From Candidatus Obscuribacterales bacterium (GTDB taxonomy: Bacteria > Cyanobacteriota > Vampirovibrionia > Obscuribacterales > Obscuribacteraceae), in assembly GCA_965228855.1 (NCBI GenBank), contig CBDDIJ010000003.1, forward strand, positions 1,504,001-1,568,000: a DNA stretch of 64,000 nucleotides. Direction: 5' to 3'. The translations under genes and the position numbers were made by a program. Below the pieces are notes generated by a model, which saw only the letters and a list, made by a program, of their open reading frames with translations, did no database searches and had not been told where the DNA came from. Each line of letters opens with the position of its first letter. Position 1 is the stretch's first letter. Shown piece after piece: positions 48,775 to 58,084 of the stretch.

Positions 48775-49713
48775 ATGACTGTAAAATCGGCACCCGGTAA
48801 GGAGAAGGAAACTTCGACAACGAACTGCAACAAAGAAAGTGCTGAAAATGTGCTTTCCATGACGCTTCCAACGGGGCGAATTCAAAATAAGGTTCTCGAA
48901 CTCCTGACCCAAATCGGAATAAACGTAAACAAGAGTGAGCGGTCCTACAAGCCTACTGTTTCTGCCGACGGCATTCAGGTCAAAATGTTGAAAGGACAGA
49001 ATATTCCAGAACTGGTTGCGCTTGGAAGGCACGATTGCGGATTCTGCGGCTACGACTGGATCGTTGAACGAGAAGCTGATGTTGTAGATTTACTCGATCT
49101 GGGTTTTGACCCTGTGAGAATTGTCGCAGCGGTTCCGGAAGATCTTGTAGCAGATAGAGCAAACGGTTTTAAAAATCTGGGGCGGCAACTTATCGTGGCT
49201 TCCGAATATCGTGGACTCACACAAAAATACATCGAGGAGCAAGGACTCGAAGCAGTTTACTTACAGACCTTCGGCGCGACAGAAGCATTGCCTCCGGAAG
49301 ACGCGGACATGATTATCGACAATACGGCCACCGGCACGACCCTGAAGCAGAATCGATTGACGATTATCGATGACTTGCTTCGTTCCACAACTCGATTCAT
49401 CTGTAATAAAAAGGCCCTGGAAAATCAGGTAAAAAAGAAGATGCTTGAAGAGATGGTCATGCTGATGGAAAGTTGCTTGCGCGCTCGCAACAAAGTTTTG
49501 CTTGAGATGCATTTCAGCTGCGAAGATTTCGAAACGGTGATCAAGCAGCTGCCGTGTATGAAAGCACCGACCATAAGCAAACTATACGGAGAAGAAGGTT
49601 ACGCTGTAAAAATCGCTGTGGAAAATCGGGAAATTCCTACGCTGATTCCGAAACTCGTGTCCATGGGCGCACGCGACATTTTAGAATTTCGTCTGGAGAA
49701 AATTGTCATATGA
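48775..49713 (+). CDS. hisG: ATP phosphoribosyltransferase (long form)
   Basis: LP.GR, IP..V..G..D.G..G.D, FGATE, ADMIID..ATGTTLKQN.L, C-terminal PTIS.L...GARDIL. Confidence 0.95.
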   Translation: MTVKSAPGKEKETSTTNCNKESAENVLSMTLPTGRIQNKVLELLTQIGINVNKSERSYKPTVSADGIQVKMLKGQNIPELVALGRHDCGFCGYDWIVEREADVVDLLDLGFDPVRIVAAVPEDLVADRANGFKNLGRQLIVASEYRGLTQKYIEEQGLEAVYLQTFGATEALPPEDADMIIDNTATGTTLKQNRLTIIDDLLRSTTRFICNKKALENQVKKKMLEEMVMLMESCLRARNKVLLEMHFSCEDFETVIKQLPCMKAPTISKLYGEEGYAVKIAVENREIPTLIPKLVSMGARDILEFRLEKIVI

Positions 49714-51764
49714 TGAACGGACAGGCACCCGAAGGTAAAAAGACAGATCGTAATCCGATATCGGACTACGAAAATGAGGATCGTAATCCGATATCGGACT
49801 GCGAAACTGGAAACCGTACTCCGATATCGGAATTGAAATACCCGGGACGGGTAAAGCCCCGCCAGGCAGTACTTTCCAGCCAACCCTACGATGCACCGAT
49901 GGAGGGCCGCGCTCGCGCGATTCGGTTTGACTTTAACGAGAGTACGGGGCCAATTGAAGGTTGCTATCCGGAAGGACTGCCAGCAGAACTCGTGAGCATG
50001 TATCCGGAGTACGGCGAACTTCTTCAAAAGTTGGCGGAGCGATTCGAACTCAGTCGTGAAAATTTCACTCTCACAAATGGAAGCGACGAAGCTATCTCGT
50101 TGATCTCCAATACATTTATCGAGCACGGTCAAGATACCGCGCTAATTTCGACGCCGTGCTTTTTTATGATCAAACAATGCTTGCGACTTGCCGGAGCGAA
50201 ATTGCAAGAGGTTTCCGTCGACAAAGAATTGCAATTTGACCTTGACGAAATAGACGCTCAGCTTAAATTAAGCCCGAAATTGGCGATGTTTGCAACGCCG
50301 GACAACCCGACTGGAAGCGTCATTCCGCCTAATACGATTGAAACCTGGTGCCAACTCTACCCAGACGTACTCATCGTTATTGACGAAGCATATGGTGAGT
50401 TCGCAGGGACGAGCGTGATACCACTAATAAATAAGTACGATAATCTTTTAGTGCTGAAGACTTTCTCCAAAGCTTGGGGGATGGCAGGGTTTCGCTTGGG
50501 AATGGTTGTAGGGAACGCGCACCTGATCGAGTTTTTGAAGCGTGTCAAATTGCCTTACAGCGTAAATTCGGCAGCTGTTTTCACGGCGTTGCGGCTGCTC
50601 GATCGTGAACACGACATGGCAGCGCGTGTCGCCGAAACCGTAAGACTGCGCACGCGATTATCTAAATTTCTTGATGATCGCGGATATAAAGTTCGGGAAA
50701 CTAGTGCGAATTGGTGTCTGCTCGGCACAGGGTTTCTCGCAAGGAAGTTCTCAGAATTTACTGCGTCAAGAAATTTGCTGGTTCGCAACCGCAGCACATC
50801 CGAATTTTCCAGATTTGCCGGCGCGAGTTCACCCAATAGTGAGCAAACGATGACTTCTTCTACTTTCGAGCCAATGTGGGGGCAGATTCGCGTTTCAGCA
50901 GGAAACGCGGACGAAGTCGCAGTCTTTGAAAAGATCGTCGATCAGTTTCGAGATAGCTATGCATTGATCTTTGACCTCGACGGGACACTGGTCGACACTT
51001 CGAAAAGCTTCGACAAAACCGTCGAGTATCTTGTCGAAAAATATAGTGGAGAGAAGCTCGATCTCAGCGAATTGGCCGAACTCAGGCGTGAAGGTGGTTT
51101 CAATGACGATTGGGTCGCTTCGCGAGAATTACTCAAACGTCGCGGTTTTGATATATCACTGGCAAAGATCGCGCGCGACGGTGAGAGTTTCTATCTATCA
51201 ATTGCCAGAGACAACGAAGAGCTCTTGTTGCCGCTGTCTCTTTTAAAGCAACTTAGAAAGCGCCATCCACTGTTCATTGTAACAGGCAGAACGCGTGCCG
51301 AATACGCTCCTGTCTGGGGCGAGCGATTCGATCCCCTGTTTGATCGCGTATATTGCGTCGACGACGTTCCCGGTTGTCGAGCTAAACCGCATCCGGACTA
51401 TCTGCTACAGGTATTAAAAGATTCCGGCATCACCTGTGGTGCATACATCGGAAACGCGGTAGACGACATGCAAGCAGCGTGTGCCGCCGGTCTTACTGCG
51501 ATAGGTGTGGCCGAGGTACTTGTCGGCAAGCCGGCTATATCAGTTGTGACCGGCGGTTCAGACCGTCGCGAGCCGGGCACGAAAGTTGAGGGCGAGTATT
51601 TTGATAATACCGAGGAAGAGTCCAAAACTTCTTCAAGTGCCCACGAGCAGCTTTGCCAGCGAACCGCGCTGAAACGTGCCGGAGCACACGCCATAATCTC
51701 GAACTGCTCAGAACTCGAGGAACTTCTCATGGTGTCGTCAGCTCCGCAGTCGTCCCAAACGTAA
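49710..51764 (+). CDS. hisC: Histidinol-phosphate aminotransferase fused to a HAD-superfamily phosphatase
   Basis: DFNE, NGSDE.I, PDNPTG, DEAYGEF, KTFSKAWGMAGFRLG; then FDLDGTLVD, VTGR, KP.P, GNAVDD; ATGA overlap with hisG. Confidence 0.9.
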   Translation: MMNGQAPEGKKTDRNPISDYENEDRNPISDCETGNRTPISELKYPGRVKPRQAVLSSQPYDAPMEGRARAIRFDFNESTGPIEGCYPEGLPAELVSMYPEYGELLQKLAERFELSRENFTLTNGSDEAISLISNTFIEHGQDTALISTPCFFMIKQCLRLAGAKLQEVSVDKELQFDLDEIDAQLKLSPKLAMFATPDNPTGSVIPPNTIETWCQLYPDVLIVIDEAYGEFAGTSVIPLINKYDNLLVLKTFSKAWGMAGFRLGMVVGNAHLIEFLKRVKLPYSVNSAAVFTALRLLDREHDMAARVAETVRLRTRLSKFLDDRGYKVRETSANWCLLGTGFLARKFSEFTASRNLLVRNRSTSEFSRFAGASSPNSEQTMTSSTFEPMWGQIRVSAGNADEVAVFEKIVDQFRDSYALIFDLDGTLVDTSKSFDKTVEYLVEKYSGEKLDLSELAELRREGGFNDDWVASRELLKRRGFDISLAKIARDGESFYLSIARDNEELLLPLSLLKQLRKRHPLFIVTGRTRAEYAPVWGERFDPLFDRVYCVDDVPGCRAKPHPDYLLQVLKDSGITCGAYIGNAVDDMQAACAAGLTAIGVAEVLVGKPAISVVTGGSDRREPGTKVEGEYFDNTEEESKTSSSAHEQLCQRTALKRAGAHAIISNCSELEELLMVSSAPQSSQT
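49746..49839. repeat. CGATATCG-core palindrome array, 3 copies, in frame in hisC
   Basis: Cores 49756, 49789, 49822 (spacings 33, 33); reads DRNPISDYENE-DRNPISDCETG-NRTPISELK. Confidence 0.9.
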
Positions 51765-51836
51765 CGGTCCAAGATATAGCAGTCCGACACCAATCGTTTA
51801 ACAGCCCCAAAAAAAACACACAGCGGAGCATAAGAA

Positions 51837-52466
51837 ATGTCCACTCCACAATCACCGCAGAACTCAACCAAACCGGCTCGCATTGGTAGTGTTCGCCGCA
51901 GCACAAAAGAGACTAACCTCTTTATTGAGGTAAATCTCGACGACTCATCGCGACGCGAAATTCGAACATCCTTGCCATTCCTCAATCATATGCTCGACGC
52001 ATTGGCTTGCCACGGGCGTTTCGGTTTGGTCGTCACCGCCGACGGTGACATCGATGTAGACCCTCACCACCTGATCGAAGATACGGGCATAGTTCTCGGA
52101 GAAGCGATCTATGAAGCACTAGGGAGCTTGAAAGGCATCGAACGCGCAGCCAGTTTCACCTATCCAATGGACGGCACGCTCGTTCAAGTCGCACTGGACA
52201 TTTGCGGTCGCCGTAATCTGGTCTGGAACATCAGCTTCGGAAATTTCACTGTCGGCAATCTGGATCCAAACCTGTTCCGCGAATTCTTCAAGGGTTTCGT
52301 CGACGGAATGAAAACAACGCTACACGTTAACTGCCTCTACCGCGATAACGATCACCACGCCATCGAGGCTACATTTAAAGCGCTCGCCCGCGCTTTGAGA
52401 GAGGCCGTTAAGCGCCTCGATACAGACGAATATCTGAGCACCAAAGGCGTCCTGGACGAGAAATAG
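51837..52466 (+). CDS. hisB: Imidazoleglycerol-phosphate dehydratase (monofunctional)
   Basis: R.TKET, FLNHML, GDIDVDPHHLIED, PMD, NDHHAIEA.FKA, STKGVL. Confidence 0.96.
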   Translation: MSTPQSPQNSTKPARIGSVRRSTKETNLFIEVNLDDSSRREIRTSLPFLNHMLDALACHGRFGLVVTADGDIDVDPHHLIEDTGIVLGEAIYEALGSLKGIERAASFTYPMDGTLVQVALDICGRRNLVWNISFGNFTVGNLDPNLFREFFKGFVDGMKTTLHVNCLYRDNDHHAIEATFKALARALREAVKRLDTDEYLSTKGVLDEK

Positions 52467-52510
52467 GTACTGAAAGAATTAACTGCGGGAAACAACTTAA
52501 AGCCGAAACC

Positions 52511-53125
52511 ATGCCTACAGAGAACATATCCATTGAAGTCATCGACGCCGCCGGCGGAAACATCGGCAGCCTCTGCCGTGCACTGGACCGGCTCGGAGCT
52601 ACGTACACGCTGGTGAACGGCGAGTCGCCGCCAACCGGAACAAAGCCCCTGATTTTACCTGGAGTCGGAAACTTCGGCGCCGTTATGAAACGCCTTCGTG
52701 ACGCGAGGCTGGACACACGAATCGTTGATATCGCAGGTAGTGGCGTTCCCTTGCTCGGCATTTGCGTCGGTCTGCAAGTTTTGTTCGATGGCAGCGAGGA
52801 ATCACCGGGCATCAATGGGTTAGGACTTCTGGAGGGAACCGTAGTAAAATTTACTGAGGGAAAGGTTCCTCAAATAGGCTGGAATAGCGTCAAATCTCAG
52901 GCGCCAGACTGGCAATCCGGTTTCGTGTACTTCGTCAACTCCTACTTTGCCGCACCAAAGCAACCGGATGTGGTGCTTTATCAGTCCGAATACTTTAAGC
53001 CGTTCTGCGCTGCCGTGAAAAAAGGAAACATAACGGCGTTTCAGTTCCACCCCGAGAAAAGCGGACAGTTCGGCATCGGACTTCTGAAACACTGGCTCGA
53101 CGACGCAGCTCTCTGGAAGGAATAA
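52511..53125 (+). CDS. hisH: Imidazole glycerol phosphate synthase glutaminase subunit
   Basis: LPGVG.FG, GICVGLQ, VPQIGWN, YFVNSY, QFHPEKSG. Confidence 0.96.
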   Translation: MPTENISIEVIDAAGGNIGSLCRALDRLGATYTLVNGESPPTGTKPLILPGVGNFGAVMKRLRDARLDTRIVDIAGSGVPLLGICVGLQVLFDGSEESPGINGLGLLEGTVVKFTEGKVPQIGWNSVKSQAPDWQSGFVYFVNSYFAAPKQPDVVLYQSEYFKPFCAAVKKGNITAFQFHPEKSGQFGIGLLKHWLDDAALWKE

Positions 53126-53130
53126 GTGAA

Positions 53131-53245
53131 AAGCAACAGCAATAAACGGCAACGATAGACGACAACGCTAAACAACAGCAATAAACATCAGCAATAAGCA
53201 ACACAATAAACGACAGCGATAAACCACTACAAAACGACAACGGTT
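53131..53245 (+). repeat. Degenerate 13-bp tandem repeat (about 9 units) between hisH and hisF
   Basis: AAGCAACAGCAAT, AAACGGCAACGAT, AGACGACAACGCT, AAACAACAGCAAT, AAACATCAGCAAT and further units. Confidence 0.75.
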
Positions 53246-53290
53246 AAAACCAAATCCCTCATCATCCTAAATAGCTACAGACAAGCCTAA

Positions 53291-54097
53291 ATGCACCCTG
53301 TTGAAACAACTATGAACGAAGAAGTTATCACAGCCTCCGGTCTGTGCAAGCGCATAATTCCCTGCATGGACATCGCCGATGGACGAATCGTCAAAGGAGT
53401 TAAGTTTACAAACCTGCGCGACGCCGGCGACCCCGTCGAACAGGCAATTGCTTATGAGAATCAAGGCGCCGACGAGTTGATGTTCCTGGATATCACCGCA
53501 TCACATGAAGGAAGAAAAACCACCAGAGAGCTCGTTCGCCATGTCGCAGAACAACTCAGCATTCCCCTGACCGTCGGCGGTGGCATCTCTCAGGTATCAG
53601 ATGTGGAGGCGCTTCTAAATGCCGGCGCCGATAAAGTCTCCATGAACACCGCGGCTGTGCTGAATCCTCATCTTATCGATGGCGTAGCAAATGCCTTCGG
53701 CTCTCAATGCTGCGTCGTCGCAATCGACGCTCGCTTGAACAAACAGACCGGGCGCTGGAAAGTCCTCATCAGGGGCGGTCGGGAAGATACGGAACTGGAT
53801 GCTCTTGAGTGGGCAAAAGAATGCATCGCCCGTGGTGCCGGCGAAATTCTACTCACCTCATGGGATTTTGATGGAACCAAACAAGGTTTCGATCTGAAAT
53901 TGACAAGCACATTCGCTGATTTACCAGTCCCAATCATCGCCTCCGGTGGTGCCGCCGGCGCCGACTGCTTCGTGGACGTTTTCCAGGAAGGCAAAGCTGA
54001 CGCAGCTTTGGCGGCCAGCATATTCCACTTCTCGGAGTGCACGGTAGGACAGATAAAGGAAGTTCTGAAACAGAAGGGAGTCAAGGTCAGAATATGA
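53291..54097 (+). CDS. hisF: Imidazole glycerol phosphate synthase cyclase subunit (alternative start 53312)
   Basis: [48 protein letters not shown]. Confidence 0.96.
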   Translation: MHPVETTMNEEVITASGLCKRIIPCMDIADGRIVKGVKFTNLRDAGDPVEQAIAYENQGADELMFLDITASHEGRKTTRELVRHVAEQLSIPLTVGGGISQVSDVEALLNAGADKVSMNTAAVLNPHLIDGVANAFGSQCCVVAIDARLNKQTGRWKVLIRGGREDTELDALEWAKECIARGAGEILLTSWDFDGTKQGFDLKLTSTFADLPVPIIASGGAAGADCFVDVFQEGKADAALAASIFHFSECTVGQIKEVLKQKGVKVRI

Positions 54098-55335
54098 TCA
54101 TTCCAAGCATCGACATAATGGACGGAAGAGCGGTCCAGCTGAGACAGGGGCGCACGCACGTTCTGACCAGTGATAAATCACCTGTGGAACTTGCAAAGGA
54201 GTTCAACCGCTACGGCGAAGTTGCAGTGATCGATTTGGACGCGGCGCTCGGCTCCGGTAGCAATCGAGAACTCGTGAAGGAGCTTTGCCGCGTTGCAGAT
54301 GTGCGCGCCGGAGGTGGCGTGAGAGACGTGGAGTCTGCCCGCGACCTGCTCCGTGCCGGCGCAAAGAAGGTGATCATTGGGACAGCCGCAGAGCCCGAAC
54401 TCCTCTCCAAACTGCCGGCAGACCGCGTAATGGTGGCTCTCGACCAGGTCGACGGGAAGGTAGTAGATCACGGTTGGAAGACTTCTACAGGTGAGTCTGT
54501 TTTCGAACGAGCCGAGCGGCTATCTCCATTTTGCAGCAGTTTCCTCAGTACCTTCGTCCAGGGAGAAGGCTGCATGGAGGGCGTGGACGAAAACATGGTC
54601 GTCGAACTTCGTGATGGTCTGAAACGCCCCCTCACCATCGCTGGTGGCGTTTCCAGTACAAGCGATGCCGTCAGTTTGAATAAGCTGGGCGTCGACGTTC
54701 AAGTAGGTATGGCGCTCTATACTGGAAAACTGGATCTTGGAGAATCACTTTCCGACTCGTTAAAATGGACCGCGGATGGTTTGATTCCGACAATCGTACA
54801 GGACACTTTCGGGAATGTGCTCATGGTGGCATACAGCTCGAAAGAATCGCTCATAGCAGCTCTTGCGGATGGAACCGGAACATACTTCAGCCGGTCCAGG
54901 AATCAAATCTGGAAAAAGGGTGAAACCTCCGGTAATCTGCAAACACTTATTTCCTGCCGAACCGACTGTGACAGCGACGCGCTCGTCTTTACCGTAATCC
55001 AGGACGGCGTCGCCTGCCACAACGGCAGCTATACATGTTTCAACAACGATACCGTCCGACCATTCGACCTGCAGAGTTTGTTTAACATCATCGCCGAGCG
55101 AAAAGCCTCTATTACAGAAGGTCAGGAACTCTCCTACACTCAAAAGTTGTTGACAAAACGCTCGATGCTCAACAAGAAAATTATGGAAGAAGCGTATGAA
55201 GTGGTATCACATACGGACCGCGAAAATTTGAAGTGGGAAATCGCCGATTTGCTCTACTTCGTCTCAGTCCTGGCAAGCGCAGAAGGGATTTCCTGGAAGG
55301 AGATTCAAAATGAACTCGGAGGCCGCCACAAATGA
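54094..55335 (+). CDS. HisA-HisI-HisE trifunctional fusion
   Basis: [31 protein letters not shown] (HisA); [26 protein letters not shown] (HisI); [22 protein letters not shown] (HisE). Confidence 0.92.
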   Translation: MIIPSIDIMDGRAVQLRQGRTHVLTSDKSPVELAKEFNRYGEVAVIDLDAALGSGSNRELVKELCRVADVRAGGGVRDVESARDLLRAGAKKVIIGTAAEPELLSKLPADRVMVALDQVDGKVVDHGWKTSTGESVFERAERLSPFCSSFLSTFVQGEGCMEGVDENMVVELRDGLKRPLTIAGGVSSTSDAVSLNKLGVDVQVGMALYTGKLDLGESLSDSLKWTADGLIPTIVQDTFGNVLMVAYSSKESLIAALADGTGTYFSRSRNQIWKKGETSGNLQTLISCRTDCDSDALVFTVIQDGVACHNGSYTCFNNDTVRPFDLQSLFNIIAERKASITEGQELSYTQKLLTKRSMLNKKIMEEAYEVVSHTDRENLKWEIADLLYFVSVLASAEGISWKEIQNELGGRHK

Positions 55336-56735
55336 TTAAAGTATTGCAGAAAAGCGACGCGTACAAATTTATCGCTCAACTTACGGGAACAGGCGCACCC
55401 GAAAATACTTCCCCCGAAACTGTGCGCGATGGAAATGAAGAGACTGACACAGACGAAACAAGCAAAGTCTCCGACGCGGTTGCACTCAACGCAACCCGCA
55501 ATCAGGCGGCCGACACAACTGGCACGGATAACCAACGCTCGATCGAAAGTGCCGTTCGCAACATAATCTCCACTGTCCGCCGAGACGGCGACGCCGGACT
55601 TCGTGACATCGCGCGCCAACTCGGGGATGCCGCTCCGTTTCGCCTGTCCGAAGATGCAATCGAAAAGGCCCTGAGTGAAACTGATTCAGCCACCAAAAAC
55701 ACTCTGGAGACAGCAGCCCGACGCATCCGCAACTTCGGTAAAGCCATCGTAGATAGTGTCACGCCGGTCACCGTCGACTGTGGCGAATTTCAAACCGGTA
55801 TCGACTACCGTCCGGTTCGGCGTGTGGCGTGCTACGTTCCGGCTGGGCGGTATCCATTGCCTTCGACAGCGCTAATGACTGCAGTCACTGCCCGCGTAGC
55901 CGGGGTCGACGAAGTCGTAATTGTTTCTCCTCAACTGAAAAATGAAATAGTTGCTGCCGGCACCATGGCCGGTGTCACCGAGTTTTACCAGATCGGCGGC
56001 GCCCAGGCTGTCGCGGCTATGACATTTGGAACAGACACAATCGATGCCGTCGACATGATTGTCGGCCCAGGCAACGCATATGTCACTGAGGCAAAACGAC
56101 AACTACAGGGCAAAGTCGGGATCGATATGCTCGCCGGACCAAGCGAAATTTGCGTTATCGCTGACGACACGGCAAACCCGGAATGGCTCAGCCTTGACCT
56201 CCTTTCGCAAGCAGAACATGATCCCGATGCGCGCGCCTACCTCCTGACAAACAGCATCACCGTCGCTAATAAAGTCGCAGAGCTGGTGGAGCGCGACGTA
56301 AAAAAGCTGAAATTGCCTGCGTTTCTAAAAGAGTCGCTCGGTGCAAGCGCCATCATCGTTCTCAACGACACCAAAGACTGCATCGACGCCGCAAATAAAA
56401 TTGCGCCTGAACACCTACTTCTTGCTGTCGAAAGCCCAGAAGTGCTGAAGCCGGAACTTACAAGCTACGGTGCGCTGTTTATGGGACACGGATGTACTGT
56501 CGCATTCGGCGATTACATGGCCGGGCCAAACCACACCCTGCCAACCAACCGCTCGGCAAAGTTTCAAGGTTGCCTGTCTCCGCTGACCTTCCTGCGCCCC
56601 CAATCATGGATTAAGGTCGCGACAACCGCCCGGGAACTCGCGAATGAAACGACCGATTTCGCCAATATCGAAGGGCTGACAGCGCACGCCGCTGCCGCAT
56701 CGGCTCGGGCGAGCCAGACTTCGCCATCAAGCTGA
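55332..56735 (+). CDS. hisD: Histidinol dehydrogenase
   Basis: YVPAG..PLPST, GGAQAVAA, GPGNAYV..AK, IDMLAGPSE, QAEHD, APEHL, GDY.AGPNHTLPT. Confidence 0.96.
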   Translation: MIKVLQKSDAYKFIAQLTGTGAPENTSPETVRDGNEETDTDETSKVSDAVALNATRNQAADTTGTDNQRSIESAVRNIISTVRRDGDAGLRDIARQLGDAAPFRLSEDAIEKALSETDSATKNTLETAARRIRNFGKAIVDSVTPVTVDCGEFQTGIDYRPVRRVACYVPAGRYPLPSTALMTAVTARVAGVDEVVIVSPQLKNEIVAAGTMAGVTEFYQIGGAQAVAAMTFGTDTIDAVDMIVGPGNAYVTEAKRQLQGKVGIDMLAGPSEICVIADDTANPEWLSLDLLSQAEHDPDARAYLLTNSITVANKVAELVERDVKKLKLPAFLKESLGASAIIVLNDTKDCIDAANKIAPEHLLLAVESPEVLKPELTSYGALFMGHGCTVAFGDYMAGPNHTLPTNRSAKFQGCLSPLTFLRPQSWIKVATTARELANETTDFANIEGLTAHAAAASARASQTSPSS

Positions 56736-56746
56736 GCCAGCACCGA

Positions 56747-57829
56747 TTATCTGAAACGTATCGGAGCCGCTGTCTTGTCTTCGTTAATCGGTGCCACGCT
56801 CGAATAAGTTCGATGCGGTTTCTGCCCAGCCAGAACGCCCTCACTGTCGTCTTCCAGCGTGGGCTCTTGATGGAAGCTGGCGAGAATTCGCTTACGATAT
56901 TTGTACGCCAATAGCGCCATAACCGGAGTTCCAACACAAACGACCATGCCCACGACCACAATCGCAAGCAAAATCAGATTACTCGTGACATTTACGGAAT
57001 GGCTGAGCGATTGGAGATTGTCTTCAAGATTGGCAAGGTGCTCCTCAACGCCCGCAACCGGCTTCGGCAAATCTTGAATCGGAGCGCGCAATTGACGCAC
57101 AGTGTCTTCCAGTTCATCAAGTTTTTTGCCCATTTTCGCGATCGTGGTATGCACTTCACGCATCTGGTTGTTGGTCTCAGCCAACTCATGATTGGTTGAC
57201 TGCACCGCGCGCGTCGTCGCTAGAATCTCGTTCTTAGTGTTCTGCACAGCAATCTTCGTGTTAACCAGTTCGCCCTTGGTGGCAACGACTTCATTTTTGG
57301 TTGCTAGCAGCTCGTTTCTCGTTGTCGACATCACACCACGAACATCCTTGATAGCATCCTTGGTATCGGACACCTCGGTAACCGTGGTTTTGAGCATCGA
57401 ATTGATCTTGTTCATATCTTCACGAACGTCGTGAATCTCGCGATCGATACCTTTGATGTCTCGCCGCAATCCGAGCATCGGCTTCTGCAGCCCGACTATA
57501 GGAGCTTGAAGTCGCACGATTTGCTGTTCGAGTTTGACGACGGTTTCCTGCATGTCATGAATAGGGTCATAAACCCACTGCAGCGGATTTAAACTGAAAC
57601 CTTTGTGCTGCTTCTTTACCTGGTCGAAAGACGGCAGCTTCTTAGGCTCCATGTCCTTTCTGGTGAGCGAAACACCATCAACTTCGCGTGCGGCCTCGAT
57701 GACATTGTCGTCTTCGCTGTCATCGGGCTCGAGCGCCAGAGCTGGCGCTCCCAGGAGAAAGCAGCCAGTAGCGAGCATGACCATACCCGCCCGACCGGCG
57801 ACCTTCAGATTTCTAGGATAACCCCTCAT
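56747..57829 (-). CDS. Exported coiled-coil protein with a C-terminal membrane anchor
   Basis: Signal peptide, long heptad region (NELLATK/NEVVATK/GELVNTK), TM segment LILLAIVVVGMVVCVG. Confidence 0.8.
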   Translation of the reverse strand: MRGYPRNLKVAGRAGMVMLATGCFLLGAPALALEPDDSEDDNVIEAAREVDGVSLTRKDMEPKKLPSFDQVKKQHKGFSLNPLQWVYDPIHDMQETVVKLEQQIVRLQAPIVGLQKPMLGLRRDIKGIDREIHDVREDMNKINSMLKTTVTEVSDTKDAIKDVRGVMSTTRNELLATKNEVVATKGELVNTKIAVQNTKNEILATTRAVQSTNHELAETNNQMREVHTTIAKMGKKLDELEDTVRQLRAPIQDLPKPVAGVEEHLANLEDNLQSLSHSVNVTSNLILLAIVVVGMVVCVGTPVMALLAYKYRKRILASFHQEPTLEDDSEGVLAGQKPHRTYSSVAPINEDKTAAPIRFR

Positions 57830-58084
57830 TCCGCCTCCGCAGTGGCTCTTGATAGATGTTTATAATCAACTCGAGCCGTTCATACCGTAAGCTTCATGAA
57901 ACGATATGTTCTAACCACATAGCACTATAGAGATCAATGGGTGCCGCCCGCCAGCCGGTTTCCCCCATAAAGGTCCGGATGCGTCCGGAAACCCTGACAA
58001 GTTCAGCTTTTCCGTCTGGATAAATTCGCGATAAAATTTGAAGGTTGAAACTGCAAACACGCCTCCATCACAAGCGAGAAAAGA

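Noticed and set aside
49554..49709. ORF-track start of hisC at 49554 (and hisA fusion start at 54037)
   Set aside because: These overlap deeply with the upstream genes; ATGA-coupled starts at 49710 and 54094 fit better.
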